The notes under the pieces are model-generated. The model was not told the origin of the DNA. It worked only from the letters and a program-made list of their open reading frames with translations, and made no database searches. This document shows, piece after piece, positions 1-9,963 of a stretch of DNA of 64,000 nucleotides. Each line of letters starts with the position of its first letter. Position 1 is the stretch's first letter. The translations under genes and the position numbers were made by a program. Origin of the DNA: an uncultured Sediminibacterium sp. (lineage in GTDB: Bacteria; Bacteroidota; Bacteroidia; Chitinophagales; Chitinophagaceae); contig CAZTDV010000011.1 in assembly GCA_964612195.1 (NCBI GenBank), positions 4,950 through 68,949 on the forward strand, given 5' to 3'.

Positions 1-1750
1 CAAATACTACGATAAAGAGCATTCGCTATTATATGTAGGAAAAGCAAAAAGTTTACGTAAAAGAGTAAGCTCTTATTTTAGTAAAAGTTTTATAGGATAT
101 AAAACGCACGAATTAGTTAAACGAATTCATCAAATTGAATTCACGATTGTAGATTCTGAACAAGATGCATTTTTGTTAGAGAATGCCTTAATTAAAGAAT
201 ATAAACCCAAGTATAATATTGAATTAAAGGACGACAAAACCTATCCTTATATAGTAGTAAAGCGCGAAGCTTTTCCAAGAATATTTTTAACACGAAGAAA
301 AATCAATGATGGGTCAGAATATATTGGCCCTTTTACTTCTGCGGGAAAAGTTAGAGAGCTCATTGAATTTGTAAAACAATATATTCCATTAAGAAGTTGC
401 AAGCTCAACTTAAGCAAGGAAAATATTGCTGCGGGAAAATTTAAAGTTTGTTTAGAATACCATTTGGGTAATTGCAAAGGACCATGCGAAGGTTTGCAGT
501 CGTTGGAAGATTATCAAAATGGCATTCAACAAATGCGCAATATCCTAAAAGGAAACCTAGGTTCGGTGATTGCGCAGTTTAAAGAAGAAATGCAGCAATA
601 TGCTATGGGGCTTGAGTTTGAGAAAGCCGAATTAATTCGTAAAAAGATTGATCATTTAGAAAACTATCAATCTTCATCGGTAGTAGTAAGCAGGCATTTA
701 ACCAATATTGATGTATTCAGTATAGCCAAGGACGATAACAAAGCTTATGTAAACTATTTGATGGTTCAAAATGGTACTATTGTTCAAACCCATTCAGTTC
801 CCATTGAAACTAAATTAGAAGAAACTGAAGAAGAAGTATTGGTTTGGGTAATTGGCGAGTTACGCAACACTTTTAATAGCATGGCCAAAGAATTGATTGT
901 TCCCTTTCCTATTGAATATCCTGATCCTTCTATTATCATTACTATTCCTAAAGCGGGTGATAAAAGAAAACTATTAGACCTCTCCCTGAAAAATGTGGCT
1001 TATTTTAAAGAAGAGTTGCGAAAGAAAAAAATGTTACGATTGGAGGGCAAAACAGATGACGAGCAAAAAAAGGTATTGTACGAATTACAGCAGTACTTAC
1101 AATTGGATGAAGTGCCGCTTCATATTGAATGCTTTGATAACTCTAATTTTCAAGGAGCATATCCGGTAAGTGCAATGGTTTGCTTTAAAAATGGAATCCC
1201 TTCTAAAAACGACTATCGCAGATTTAATGTAAAAACAGTGGAAGGCATTAATGATTTTGCCACTATGAAAGAAGTGGTTTATAGGCGCTACAAACGCTTA
1301 AAAGAAGAATCCCTACCATTTCCTCAATTAGTAATAATAGATGGCGGTAAAGGCCAATTAAGCTCTGCAATGGAAGCTTTTAAAGAACTAGACTTAGTGG
1401 GCGCAACTACCGTGGTGGGCTTGGCAAAAAATGAAGAAGAAATATTTTTCCCAGGAGATTCGGAATCATTTAAGCTGCCCATGAGTAGCGATTCATTAAA
1501 ATTAGTGAGAAGAATTAGAGACGAAGTACATCGTTTTGGCATTACATTTCATAGAAACCAACGGTCAAAGGGTACATTTAAAAATGAATTAGAACAAGTG
1601 CCTGGTATTGGAAAAGCAACCATTGATGAATTATTGCGCAATTTTAAATCGGTAAAAAATATTAAACTTCAATCGGAGCAATCGTTGGCAATCGTGGTTG
1701 GAGTAAATAGAGCTGCTATTCTAACGAAGTATTTTAAGGGGAAGGAATAA
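1..1750 (+). CDS. uvrC: Excinuclease ABC subunit C (5' end outside window)
   Basis: Frame is open from base 2 (KYYDKEHSLLYVGKAKSLRKRVSSYF, GIY-YIG). Also has IECFDNS, IIDGGKGQ, RDEVHRF and C-terminal HhH motifs. Confidence 0.97.
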   Translation, partial: KYYDKEHSLLYVGKAKSLRKRVSSYFSKSFIGYKTHELVKRIHQIEFTIVDSEQDAFLLENALIKEYKPKYNIELKDDKTYPYIVVKREAFPRIFLTRRKINDGSEYIGPFTSAGKVRELIEFVKQYIPLRSCKLNLSKENIAAGKFKVCLEYHLGNCKGPCEGLQSLEDYQNGIQQMRNILKGNLGSVIAQFKEEMQQYAMGLEFEKAELIRKKIDHLENYQSSSVVVSRHLTNIDVFSIAKDDNKAYVNYLMVQNGTIVQTHSVPIETKLEETEEEVLVWVIGELRNTFNSMAKELIVPFPIEYPDPSIIITIPKAGDKRKLLDLSLKNVAYFKEELRKKKMLRLEGKTDDEQKKVLYELQQYLQLDEVPLHIECFDNSNFQGAYPVSAMVCFKNGIPSKNDYRRFNVKTVEGINDFATMKEVVYRRYKRLKEESLPFPQLVIIDGGKGQLSSAMEAFKELDLVGATTVVGLAKNEEEIFFPGDSESFKLPMSSDSLKLVRRIRDEVHRFGITFHRNQRSKGTFKNELEQVPGIGKATIDELLRNFKSVKNIKLQSEQSLAIVVGVNRAAILTKYFKGKE

Positions 1751-1810
1751 AAAAGGGCCAGGATAGAAATCCAGCCCCGTTTTTAAAATCCAATATCCTA
1801 TGAAAAACCG
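1749..1810 (-). ncRNA. Candidate small RNA with intrinsic terminator
   Basis: A -7-like box TAATTTCA (1821-1814) is followed by GGTTTTTCATAGGATATTGG, a GC stem GGGCTGGAT-TTCT-ATCCTGGCCC and T6. It lies beyond the separate gldN terminator. Confidence 0.45.
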
Positions 1811-1884
1811 AGGTGAAATTACAGTTTCCTACATAAAATATAAAAAAAACTTTATCCAATAACTGTTAATAAGCCCATTGAATG

Positions 1885-1910
1885 AAAAAAGGGGCCAGTG
1901 GCCCCTTTTT
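1885..1910 (-). terminator. Intrinsic terminator of the gld operon (bidirectional form)
   Basis: AAAAAA-GGGGCC-AGT-GGCCCC-TTTTT. Confidence 0.85.
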
Positions 1911-1936
1911 GTGGAATCAAATGATATTTTCAAGGC

Positions 1937-3106
1937 TTAATAAGCCCACAAATCTTGTTCATAATTCATAATCTTAGCCTTGATATTCTCCCCTTCTAAT
2001 AATCTGAACAAAGGATCTTTAATAAATGCGCTTAACGATTTATCACCTGGGTTATTAATGGTACTCTTGATAATATAACTACTGAAGAAACGGCTTTCGA
2101 ATAATTCTTCCCAAGTCATTCTTGCAGCAATATTTTTAGGGTTGTAAACATCAAATTTGGTTAGTGAAGCCCTGATATCAGGGTAATATACCCAGAATAA
2201 AACCCTTGGTAAAGACTTTCCTGCAACCACTTGCTTAGCAATAGGAGCAATACCTAAAATACGCGTAAACATTCTGCTGCTCTCTTTGTCGAAAATGATT
2301 TGTTCTTTAATTCGGAAAGTATAGACTGAATCAGGACTAAACTTAGGTTTCTTAGTGATCACTTTTTCAACAGCTCCAGTAGCTGGATCAACTACATCAA
2401 CAGTGTCTAAAGCACCACTTACCATAGACATCACTTGAGAAGTAGTAAGCGGGGTGGTGAATCGATCGTTGTCTGCAGAAAAAGCGGTAACACTATCATT
2501 TTTAATGGCACTTAATAATAAAGAGAAAAAGCGTTGATCGCCATTATCATCTTTACCTGGATACATAAATGATTGATTAATTTTTTCTCTTGCATCAATC
2601 TCTCTCCAAATGAAATGACTAAATACCGCATCATCTTCGCGTAGGTCTTCGTATTCCAAAGGCTTACGATCTCTTACTTGGGTTCTTAGCATTGCATAAT
2701 TGTTTCTTAACGAAACCTCAGGCTTCGCATCAAAACCTCCTTGAACCGTTGTGTCAAAACTAAAAGTAACAGCGGCAGTTGGATTAGTTGTTGTTGTACC
2801 TGTTCCTAGTGCTGTGTTATTATTGGTAGTTCTATACCTAGATGTTCCTGTAACAGGCTCAGTTGGTGTTATTGTTGTATCTGCAGCTGGGTTAACCTGA
2901 TTGATTTTAGTTTTAGCAGCAGCATATTTTGATGTAGGCTTTTTAGCAGCTGGTTTAGTTGCTGCAGGCTTGGCTGTTGTTGTAGCTGGCTTGGCTGCTG
3001 TTGTTGCAGGCTTTTTATATTTAGACTGCGCCATTGCACCCATTGCTACTACCATGGCAGTAGTCATCAATAATCCTGAATAAACAATCTTTTTCATACG
3101 CACCAT
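1937..3106 (-). CDS. gldN: Gliding motility/T9SS protein GldN (PorN)
   Basis: LREDDAVFSHFIWREID, LFWVYYP and C-terminal EQDLWAY motifs; last gene of gldKLMN. Confidence 0.93.
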   Translation of the reverse strand: MVRMKKIVYSGLLMTTAMVVAMGAMAQSKYKKPATTAAKPATTTAKPAATKPAAKKPTSKYAAAKTKINQVNPAADTTITPTEPVTGTSRYRTTNNNTALGTGTTTTNPTAAVTFSFDTTVQGGFDAKPEVSLRNNYAMLRTQVRDRKPLEYEDLREDDAVFSHFIWREIDAREKINQSFMYPGKDDNGDQRFFSLLLSAIKNDSVTAFSADNDRFTTPLTTSQVMSMVSGALDTVDVVDPATGAVEKVITKKPKFSPDSVYTFRIKEQIIFDKESSRMFTRILGIAPIAKQVVAGKSLPRVLFWVYYPDIRASLTKFDVYNPKNIAARMTWEELFESRFFSSYIIKSTINNPGDKSLSAFIKDPLFRLLEGENIKAKIMNYEQDLWAY

Positions 3107-4647
3107 TATTGTAGAGTAAATGAAATATTTTGATCCAATAATCTAGTTCCACCAGGTCCACTCACTTTAATTTCGTCAATCACCACGGTTGATCCAGCCT
3201 GACATTTATTTAATAAAGCTTTTGCTTCAGCATTAAAATAAGCTCCTGATACTTCAGCAATTCCGAATCCGCTTTCTTCAAAACCTCTTCCAGTACAAAT
3301 AAGTGTAAAAGAAACTACATCATACTTTACTCCTTCGAAAATAAAGTCTTTTAATTCTGCCGCCACCCCTTTTTGAACCCTGAACACGTTTGCAGCAATT
3401 GGCCCACCTGCTTTACCACCCACTGTTGCCAATGGATTGGGAACACGCTTAATAGGTATTACAATCTTTTGGGTATTCTTACCATCGGTTGCATTCACTG
3501 TAGCAGACCCTAAAGAAGCAGCAGTAACTATGTATTGACCAGGGCCCGCTTTACGGAATCCAATTCCTGCTCCTTCAATAGATACATTCACTTTCTCGTC
3601 TCCACTTCCACCAGTAACACTTAATGGATTTTCTAAGCCCTGATAAAACACACGGGTTTTATCGGTAGATACAACTAATCCTGAAGGAACACCAACGGTG
3701 TATTTAATTTCTTTGGTAACAGAGGCAGTTGTACCGTCTGGCTTTACAAATGAAATAGTAACATTTTTAGAACCACTACCTGTTGGTCTAAACTTGTATT
3801 CAAATGAGCCATCAGGTGTAGGTGTTGCAGATGCACCATCTACTGATACGCTGGGTTGAGAAGCACTATTGAAAGCACCCACACCAGCATTAATAATAAT
3901 TTCTTCACCAGGCATTACATAGCTGGCGTTGGCATTTGCAATTGCCTGAAACTGGTCGTATACTAATTCTACCTCACCAATTTCTTTATGGCAATATTCT
4001 ACTGCTTGTGATTCACTGTTCTTAATATCGTTTTGAAACTTACTTAACATGGTGATACCCGCAACAGTAGGTGTCATATGAAAGAAAGTATATGCCCACT
4101 CTTCTTTATCTTTTTCGTTTTTAACAACAGGCAAGCTCAAAGGCAAGTTGGCACCAATAGCAGCAGCCATTTCAGGATCAATGGCTAATAATTGTTTTTT
4201 GAAATTATCTAGCTTATTAAATAATTCTTTGCCCTTTCCTTTTCCTGATGGAGGTGCAGATACAAACAAACGAGTAGCCGCATCTAAATCATCTTCTTTA
4301 AAATCTTCCTTACCATCCACCATTTTAAGACCAGCTTCTCTTTTTAATTCTGCTTTTAGCGCTTCAATATAATTGTAAACCTCATCTGAAAGCGTTTTTG
4401 CTTTTTGGGCTTTAGGCAACCAAACTTCTGCCTTGTCTCTGGTTGTAGGGTCTTCAATTTTTTTCTGGAACGATTTAAAAATCTCTGAATTCTTTTTTTC
4501 CGCAACACCAGTAGCCGTCATAAGGCTTTTGTCTACGGTTTTAAAAGCGTTCAATATTTCTGAAGAAACGTTCAAAGCAAGCAAAGCCGTTAACACGAGA
4601 TACATCATGTTAATCATCTTCTGCCGCGGTTCCTTGGGTAATGACAT
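3106..4647 (-). CDS. gldM: Gliding motility/T9SS motor subunit GldM
   Basis: N-terminal PRQKMINMMYLVLTALLALNVSSEIL signature. Confidence 0.96.
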   Translation of the reverse strand: MSLPKEPRQKMINMMYLVLTALLALNVSSEILNAFKTVDKSLMTATGVAEKKNSEIFKSFQKKIEDPTTRDKAEVWLPKAQKAKTLSDEVYNYIEALKAELKREAGLKMVDGKEDFKEDDLDAATRLFVSAPPSGKGKGKELFNKLDNFKKQLLAIDPEMAAAIGANLPLSLPVVKNEKDKEEWAYTFFHMTPTVAGITMLSKFQNDIKNSESQAVEYCHKEIGEVELVYDQFQAIANANASYVMPGEEIIINAGVGAFNSASQPSVSVDGASATPTPDGSFEYKFRPTGSGSKNVTISFVKPDGTTASVTKEIKYTVGVPSGLVVSTDKTRVFYQGLENPLSVTGGSGDEKVNVSIEGAGIGFRKAGPGQYIVTAASLGSATVNATDGKNTQKIVIPIKRVPNPLATVGGKAGGPIAANVFRVQKGVAAELKDFIFEGVKYDVVSFTLICTGRGFEESGFGIAEVSGAYFNAEAKALLNKCQAGSTVVIDEIKVSGPGGTRLLDQNISFTLQ

Positions 4648-4699
4648 ACTATCTTTTGTTTATCTAAATACGTTTGATCAATTCAGTTTACTATTCAGC

Positions 4700-5443
4700 T
4701 TATCTACCCTGCATTGCAGTAAGCATACTACCATATACCTGATTCAACTTGGTAAGGTTATTCGCTAAAGCTGCAATTTGTTCTTTTGCTCTGTTTGCAT
4801 CTTCAGCAGTATTATTCATCGCTTCTGAGGCAGCAGATAATTTACCATAAAACTGATTCAATGCTTTAAGGTGATTATTACTCTCTTGTAATTCTAATTC
4901 GTAAATAGTATTAAGAGAAGATAAATTTTTAGTTAGCCCTTGAACTTGAATATGAAACTGCTTATTGCTTTCAGCTGCTGCTTCAAAACTAGATAAGGAA
5001 TGTACTGCACCATTTACTGCTGTAGCTACAGAACCTAATGCAGTTGCTGCTGCTTTTGAATTTGCAGTAAAATCACCAGTAGATTTTACCACATCGCTTA
5101 TTTCGCCCATCTTCTCTACGGTACTTCCTAGTTTCTTAAAACCTTCGCTTAATTTTCCTAGGTTAGCTGGTGTAATATCCGCTTCAGCCAACATTTTTTC
5201 CATGCTTTTTAATGCAGGATTACCCGCATCTGCAACAACGGTTGGAGCACCCATATCTGGAGGAGGCAAAATAGCATAGATAATAAATATCAAAGCCTCT
5301 GTTGTTAAGCCAATTTTCAAGGCCCAGTCTGCCCAAGAAAGGTGAAGTATTTTTGCCATTGCACCAAAGATCACCACGGCTGCACCAAGAGATACAACAA
5401 CGTTTACCGCGCGATTAACTGTAGGAGAAACACCTGAAGCCAT
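4700..5443 (-). CDS. gldL: Gliding motility/T9SS motor subunit GldL
   Basis: GAAVVIFGAMAKILH..IGLTTEA two-TM segment; C-terminal LNQVYGSMLTAM. Confidence 0.96.
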   Translation of the reverse strand: MASGVSPTVNRAVNVVVSLGAAVVIFGAMAKILHLSWADWALKIGLTTEALIFIIYAILPPPDMGAPTVVADAGNPALKSMEKMLAEADITPANLGKLSEGFKKLGSTVEKMGEISDVVKSTGDFTANSKAAATALGSVATAVNGAVHSLSSFEAAAESNKQFHIQVQGLTKNLSSLNTIYELELQESNNHLKALNQFYGKLSAASEAMNNTAEDANRAKEQIAALANNLTKLNQVYGSMLTAMQGR

Positions 5444-5468
5444 AATTGTATTTTTTGTAGTTTATTTG

Positions 5469-6755
5469 TTACTTTTTCATTTTTGGAGCCAAATCAATCA
5501 CACAACGGAAACCAATATATGATTTAGCTGTGTCTTGGTATTCGTAGTTGCGAGTACTTACTTGAATTTGGTATTGAGTATCTTTCCATGAACCACCTCT
5601 TATCACTTTGCGTTTTTCACGAGGACGATCAGAATCTTTTGCGTCATAACGAACATCAGGACTCATATCAGAAAGAAAATTATAAGACCCTTCATAAAAA
5701 TAAGAACCTGTCCATTCTGCAACGTTTCCGCTCATATTGTATAAGCCGTAATCGTTGGGCCAATATGCATCTGCTCTTACAGTATAAAAACCGCCATCTT
5801 CTGCATAATTACCTCTGCCTGGCTTAAAGTTGGCCAATAAGCAACCTTTTTTATTTCTGGTGTAATAGTTACCCCAAGGGAACATTGAATTGGTTCTTCC
5901 CCCACGAGCAGCATATTCCCACTCTGCTTCAGATGGTAAACGATAATCACCATCAAATGCCAAGTTCTTTTTACCTAAATAAGCATTTTGATAATGCGTT
6001 CTCCAGCTACAAAAAGCCATTGCTTGTTTCCAGGTAACCCCTACCACAGGATAGTTTCCAAATGAAGGATGCGAAAAATATCTTTTGGTCATTGGCTCGT
6101 TATAAGAATAAGAGAAGTCTCTCATCCAAACCAAGGTATCAGGATATACTTTTTGGTTGCGCTTAACAATGAAGTTTTTGCGTGGTTGACCTGCATTTTC
6201 TCTTTTTGCTGCTTCAGCTAAATCAAAATACTCAATTCTATAAATCAATTTGTCAGGATCAATTTCTGGCTTCCCGTATAAACGGTTGTCTGGTGCTAGG
6301 TTTAGTTCATTTAACTGCTCAACTGTTTTTCTATCCCACTTTATGGTTTTTACCTTGGCCCAGTCTACTGCCATTGTATCATCATCCTTATTGATTCCCT
6401 GTCCAAATAAAATCTTGAAAGAAAGAGAATCTCTAACCCAGTTTACAAACTGGCGATAGTCATTATTAGTGATTTCTGTGGCATCCATCCAAAAACCTGG
6501 AATAGACACTTGTCTGTTTCGGGTAGTATATTGATAGCTGATATCCTCATCGCTTGGTCCCATATGGAAAGTTCCTGGTTGTATATACACCATATTCCTT
6601 GGAGGATTCATATTCTGCTTTGCATTTGGCGAAACCCCATGCAGTTGGCCATCGTCTGGCAATCCCTTCTTGGCACCCTTCCCTTTGATTAAGCCACACG
6701 AGGTAACAGTTAACGCACAAAACGCCGTAATAACCAAATAAAAATGTCTTTTCAT
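5469..6755 (-). CDS. gldK: Gliding motility lipoprotein GldK
   Basis: Lipobox VTSC, FGE-sulfatase-like motifs (RLPSEAEWEYAARGG), VYPDTLVWMRDF. Start placed at ATG 6755, downstream of the -7 box. Confidence 0.95.
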   Translation of the reverse strand: MKRHFYLVITAFCALTVTSCGLIKGKGAKKGLPDDGQLHGVSPNAKQNMNPPRNMVYIQPGTFHMGPSDEDISYQYTTRNRQVSIPGFWMDATEITNNDYRQFVNWVRDSLSFKILFGQGINKDDDTMAVDWAKVKTIKWDRKTVEQLNELNLAPDNRLYGKPEIDPDKLIYRIEYFDLAEAAKRENAGQPRKNFIVKRNQKVYPDTLVWMRDFSYSYNEPMTKRYFSHPSFGNYPVVGVTWKQAMAFCSWRTHYQNAYLGKKNLAFDGDYRLPSEAEWEYAARGGRTNSMFPWGNYYTRNKKGCLLANFKPGRGNYAEDGGFYTVRADAYWPNDYGLYNMSGNVAEWTGSYFYEGSYNFLSDMSPDVRYDAKDSDRPREKRKVIRGGSWKDTQYQIQVSTRNYEYQDTAKSYIGFRCVIDLAPKMKK

Positions 6756-6779
6756 GACCACAATTGATTTTGACAGGAG

Positions 6780-6787
6780 CAAATATA
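6780..6787 (-). promoter_or_regulatory. Bacteroidota sigmaA -7 box for gldK
   Basis: TATATTTG matches TAnnTTTG about 25 nt upstream of the ATG. Confidence 0.7.
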
Positions 6788-6988
6788 TGTTTCAAATGAC
6801 TTGGTACTATTAAAAGTGCCTTGTCTTATTGGTTTTTAAGTAAAATTTACAATCAATAGTAACTAATTAATTTCTAGTAAAATAGGTTTGTTCATAGGGC
6901 CTGTCCAAAGCAAATTACTTATAAAGTTGTTACATAATTGCTAAAGATAGTTTAGAACGGAAAAAAAGGCCAAATGTTGCCTGTTGAT

Positions 6989-7018
6989 AAAAAGAAACCC
7001 CTCTTTTGAGGGGTTCTT
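6989..7018 (-). terminator. Intrinsic terminator after hemD
   Basis: AACCCCTC-AAAA-GAGGGGTT followed by TCTTTTT on the minus strand. Confidence 0.8.
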
Positions 7019-7027
7019 CTTAAACAA

Positions 7028-7921
7028 TTATTTGGTTGCTTTTGCTGTTTTTTTTGTTGGGGCTTTGCTGGCAACCTTTTTAACTACTTTTTCAGCAGTT
7101 TTAGAAGGCGCTTTTTTACTGGCAGACTTTGCTACCGGCACAGCAGCTAAAAATTGGTCTAAAGCTGCCACCATGCTTGGTCTTTGTGGGCTAGGAACTT
7201 GAATCTCTAAATTAAAGCCAGCGTCTACAACTGCTTTTGAGGTGTTACTGCCAAATGCGGTTAAAACCGTTCCGTTTTGCTTAAAATCAGGAAAATTATC
7301 TAGTAAGCTTTTTACTCCACTTGGGGTAAAAAAGCAAATCATATCGTAATCGTTCTTTTGTAAAACGGGCTTGATATCATTGCTGATAGTGCGGTACATA
7401 TATGCCAACTGGAAGTCGCATTTATTGTTTTTTAACCAACTACAAATTTCACTGTCTTGTTGGTTTTCACTACATACGTATAAAAACTTCTCCGCTTCTT
7501 TGTGCTTATTAATTACATCTAACATGCTCTTATTAGTACCATCGGCACCATAAAACACTTTGCGTTTTCTATAAAGAATAAACTTTTGCAAATAGAGGGC
7601 CACCGCTTCTGTAATGCAGAAATACTTGGTATCCTGAGCAATACTCAATTTTAACTCTTCGCTCATTCTAAAAAAATGATCGATGGCATTACGGCTGGTA
7701 AAAATGATGCCAGAGTATTGCTGCACATCAATTTTTTGTTTGCGAAAATCTCTAGCAGGAATTCCTTCTAACACTATGAATGGATGAAATACCAATTCAA
7801 CATTGTGCTTTCTTTCTAAGTCAAAGTAAGGAGATCTTTCACTCTCTGGCTTTGGCTGCGAAATAAGAATTTTTCTGGCTGTTTTCGAATTTACTTCTTG
7901 CTTAGATCCGTTTTTGCTCAT
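7028..7921 (-). CDS. hemD: Uroporphyrinogen-III synthase family protein with Lys/Ala-rich tail
   Basis: KILISQPKP, IIFTSRNAIDHFF, FFTPSGV motifs. Start placed at ATG 7921, after a TACATTTG box. Confidence 0.85.
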   Translation of the reverse strand: MSKNGSKQEVNSKTARKILISQPKPESERSPYFDLERKHNVELVFHPFIVLEGIPARDFRKQKIDVQQYSGIIFTSRNAIDHFFRMSEELKLSIAQDTKYFCITEAVALYLQKFILYRKRKVFYGADGTNKSMLDVINKHKEAEKFLYVCSENQQDSEICSWLKNNKCDFQLAYMYRTISNDIKPVLQKNDYDMICFFTPSGVKSLLDNFPDFKQNGTVLTAFGSNTSKAVVDAGFNLEIQVPSPQRPSMVAALDQFLAAVPVAKSASKKAPSKTAEKVVKKVASKAPTKKTAKATK

Positions 7922-7953
7922 TGCTTGCTCTTGTATTTTGCAAATGTAAAATA

Positions 7954-8745
7954 TCAGCCTAAATTTTCTACCAATAGCTTGTATAACAGCGCCATTGGTA
8001 AAATTTCCACGGCGCAAAGGTAAAGGAAAAAATGAAAAGGATTTAGTTGAAGATCGGTCCTTAGCAAGCCAAAAGACACTAAATACCGATAAATAAATAA
8101 CAATGTTACAACACCGAAAGAGATGGTGGCAATAATGCCGCCTATTGTTGGATCTGCAAAAGCCAATAATATGGTCAAGGGAAGTAGAACAACCCCCATA
8201 ATTCTGTTTACCACCGCAACCAAAAACAAATAGGAGGAGGCAGACGTACTATTATTAAAAACCCAGCCAGCAAAAGATATAAAGAGGTATTTACCAGTAT
8301 AAATAATTCCCAAAACAGCAGTAACATATGCATAAAGCAACCAAAATGACATAATTGCCCATTGATTATATTGTATTACTAGCGCAATAAACATTCCAGT
8401 TGACAGCAAAAAAAGCAAGTTGATGAGCAAGGAGGCAAAACTATCTTGGGCCAACTGTTCTTTGGTTTGTTTTTGTCTTAATGATGTTTGAAAAAATAGC
8501 TTGAACAAATTTTGAAAATATTTGGGGAAAGCCGTCTTAATAAAACCTAATAAGAACACCAAGAAAAGCAAAGCATAAAATAGCGCATCTTTCGACTCTT
8601 TCGCGTGATAATCTACTATCATGAATATCGCGCGCTTATTCAAGGGTAGGTAAGGATGCGTTGGCAGGTGGCTTGAATCCTGCTGCGCAGAAACCATTAG
8701 CCCCATTGTTGCAAAAAATAAAATCAGAAAAATACGCAGCTGCAT
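7954..8745 (-). CDS. DUF4271-like membrane protein
   Basis: Multi-TM protein with C-terminal FHFFLYLCAVEILP; usual neighbour of hemD in Bacteroidota. Confidence 0.8.
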   Translation of the reverse strand: MQLRIFLILFFATMGLMVSAQQDSSHLPTHPYLPLNKRAIFMIVDYHAKESKDALFYALLFLVFLLGFIKTAFPKYFQNLFKLFFQTSLRQKQTKEQLAQDSFASLLINLLFLLSTGMFIALVIQYNQWAIMSFWLLYAYVTAVLGIIYTGKYLFISFAGWVFNNSTSASSYLFLVAVVNRIMGVVLLPLTILLAFADPTIGGIIATISFGVVTLLFIYRYLVSFGLLRTDLQLNPFHFFLYLCAVEILPMALLYKLLVENLG

Positions 8746-8824
8746 TCCAGCAAAATTATTGATAGATAATGATTAAACGTTCAGGTTAGCAGAACATTGC
8801 TAATTTTAATTTTTTAAACAGCAA

Positions 8825-9961
8825 ATGGCAGGAATTTATATTCATATCCCTTTTTGTAGAAAAGCTTGCAACTATTGTAATTTTCATTTTTCTACTAATC
8901 ATCAATTGATCAATCAAGTAATTGATGCCATTGTACAAGAAATACAACTACAGAAAAATTACCTTACGGAGCCTATTGAAACCCTGTATTTGGGTGGTGG
9001 AACACCTTCTCTATTAAAAAGAGCCCATTTATCTATTCTACTTGAAGCAGTAAAAACGAATTTTACTTTAATACCACAGGCAGAAATTACACTGGAAGCA
9101 AATCCTGATGATATTAACACAGCGCAATTAACCGATTGGGTTAATTTGGGAATTAATCGCTTAAGCATCGGCATTCAGTCATTTAAAGACGAAGACCTCC
9201 AATGGATGGGACGTGCACATAATGCCGATCAGGCTTTAAACTGTATTGGGCTGGCACAAAAAGCAGGTATTCAAAATATTTCGATTGATTTAATTTATGG
9301 AGGACCTAGTTTATCTAATGAAAATTGGATCAAGAATCTTGAAATTGCCATTAACACAGGGGTTCCCCATTTATCTTGTTATGCATTAACTGTAGAACCT
9401 AAAACTGCTCTAGCGCATAAAATTAACAAGCTAGAACTACCCAATATTGATACGGCACACCAAGCTGGTCATTTTAGCATTTTACAGGAAATGACTGCTG
9501 CTGCTGGATTTGAACAATATGAAATTTCTAATTTTTCATTGCCTGGCAAAAGAAGTATTCACAATTCCAATTATTGGTCAGGGCAACATTATTTAGGACT
9601 AGGTCCTGCGGCTCATTCTTTTAATGGCATAAGCAGACAGTGGAATATCAGCAATAACGCATTATATATTCAATCACTTGCCCAAAGTGTAGTTCCTTTT
9701 GAAATAGAAGAATTAACGGTGGTTCAACAAACCAACGAATATATTATGACTGCACTAAGAACCAGTGAAGGCATTGATGCTAATAGATTGAATGCAATAG
9801 CTGGGAAAGCAATTTTTGATGAAATTTTAATAGATGCTTCCCATTATATTAAAGATGAACTATTGGTTCATCATCATTCACAACTTATCCTTTCTCCTGC
9901 AGGAAAATTTATGGCAGATGGAATTGCAGCTCAATTATTTAGAGAAGAAGAAGCTAATTAA
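8825..9961 (+). CDS. hemW: Radical SAM heme chaperone HemW
   Basis: YIHIPFCRKACNYCNF (CxxxCxxC), GGGTPS, YEISNF, HNSNYW. Confidence 0.93.
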   Translation: MAGIYIHIPFCRKACNYCNFHFSTNHQLINQVIDAIVQEIQLQKNYLTEPIETLYLGGGTPSLLKRAHLSILLEAVKTNFTLIPQAEITLEANPDDINTAQLTDWVNLGINRLSIGIQSFKDEDLQWMGRAHNADQALNCIGLAQKAGIQNISIDLIYGGPSLSNENWIKNLEIAINTGVPHLSCYALTVEPKTALAHKINKLELPNIDTAHQAGHFSILQEMTAAAGFEQYEISNFSLPGKRSIHNSNYWSGQHYLGLGPAAHSFNGISRQWNISNNALYIQSLAQSVVPFEIEELTVVQQTNEYIMTALRTSEGIDANRLNAIAGKAIFDEILIDASHYIKDELLVHHHSQLILSPAGKFMADGIAAQLFREEEAN

Positions 9962-9963
9962 TA

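Noticed and set aside
6854-6886. 10-codon uORF MNKPILLEIN upstream of gldK
   Set aside because: Too short, with no supporting composition or structure; expected by chance.
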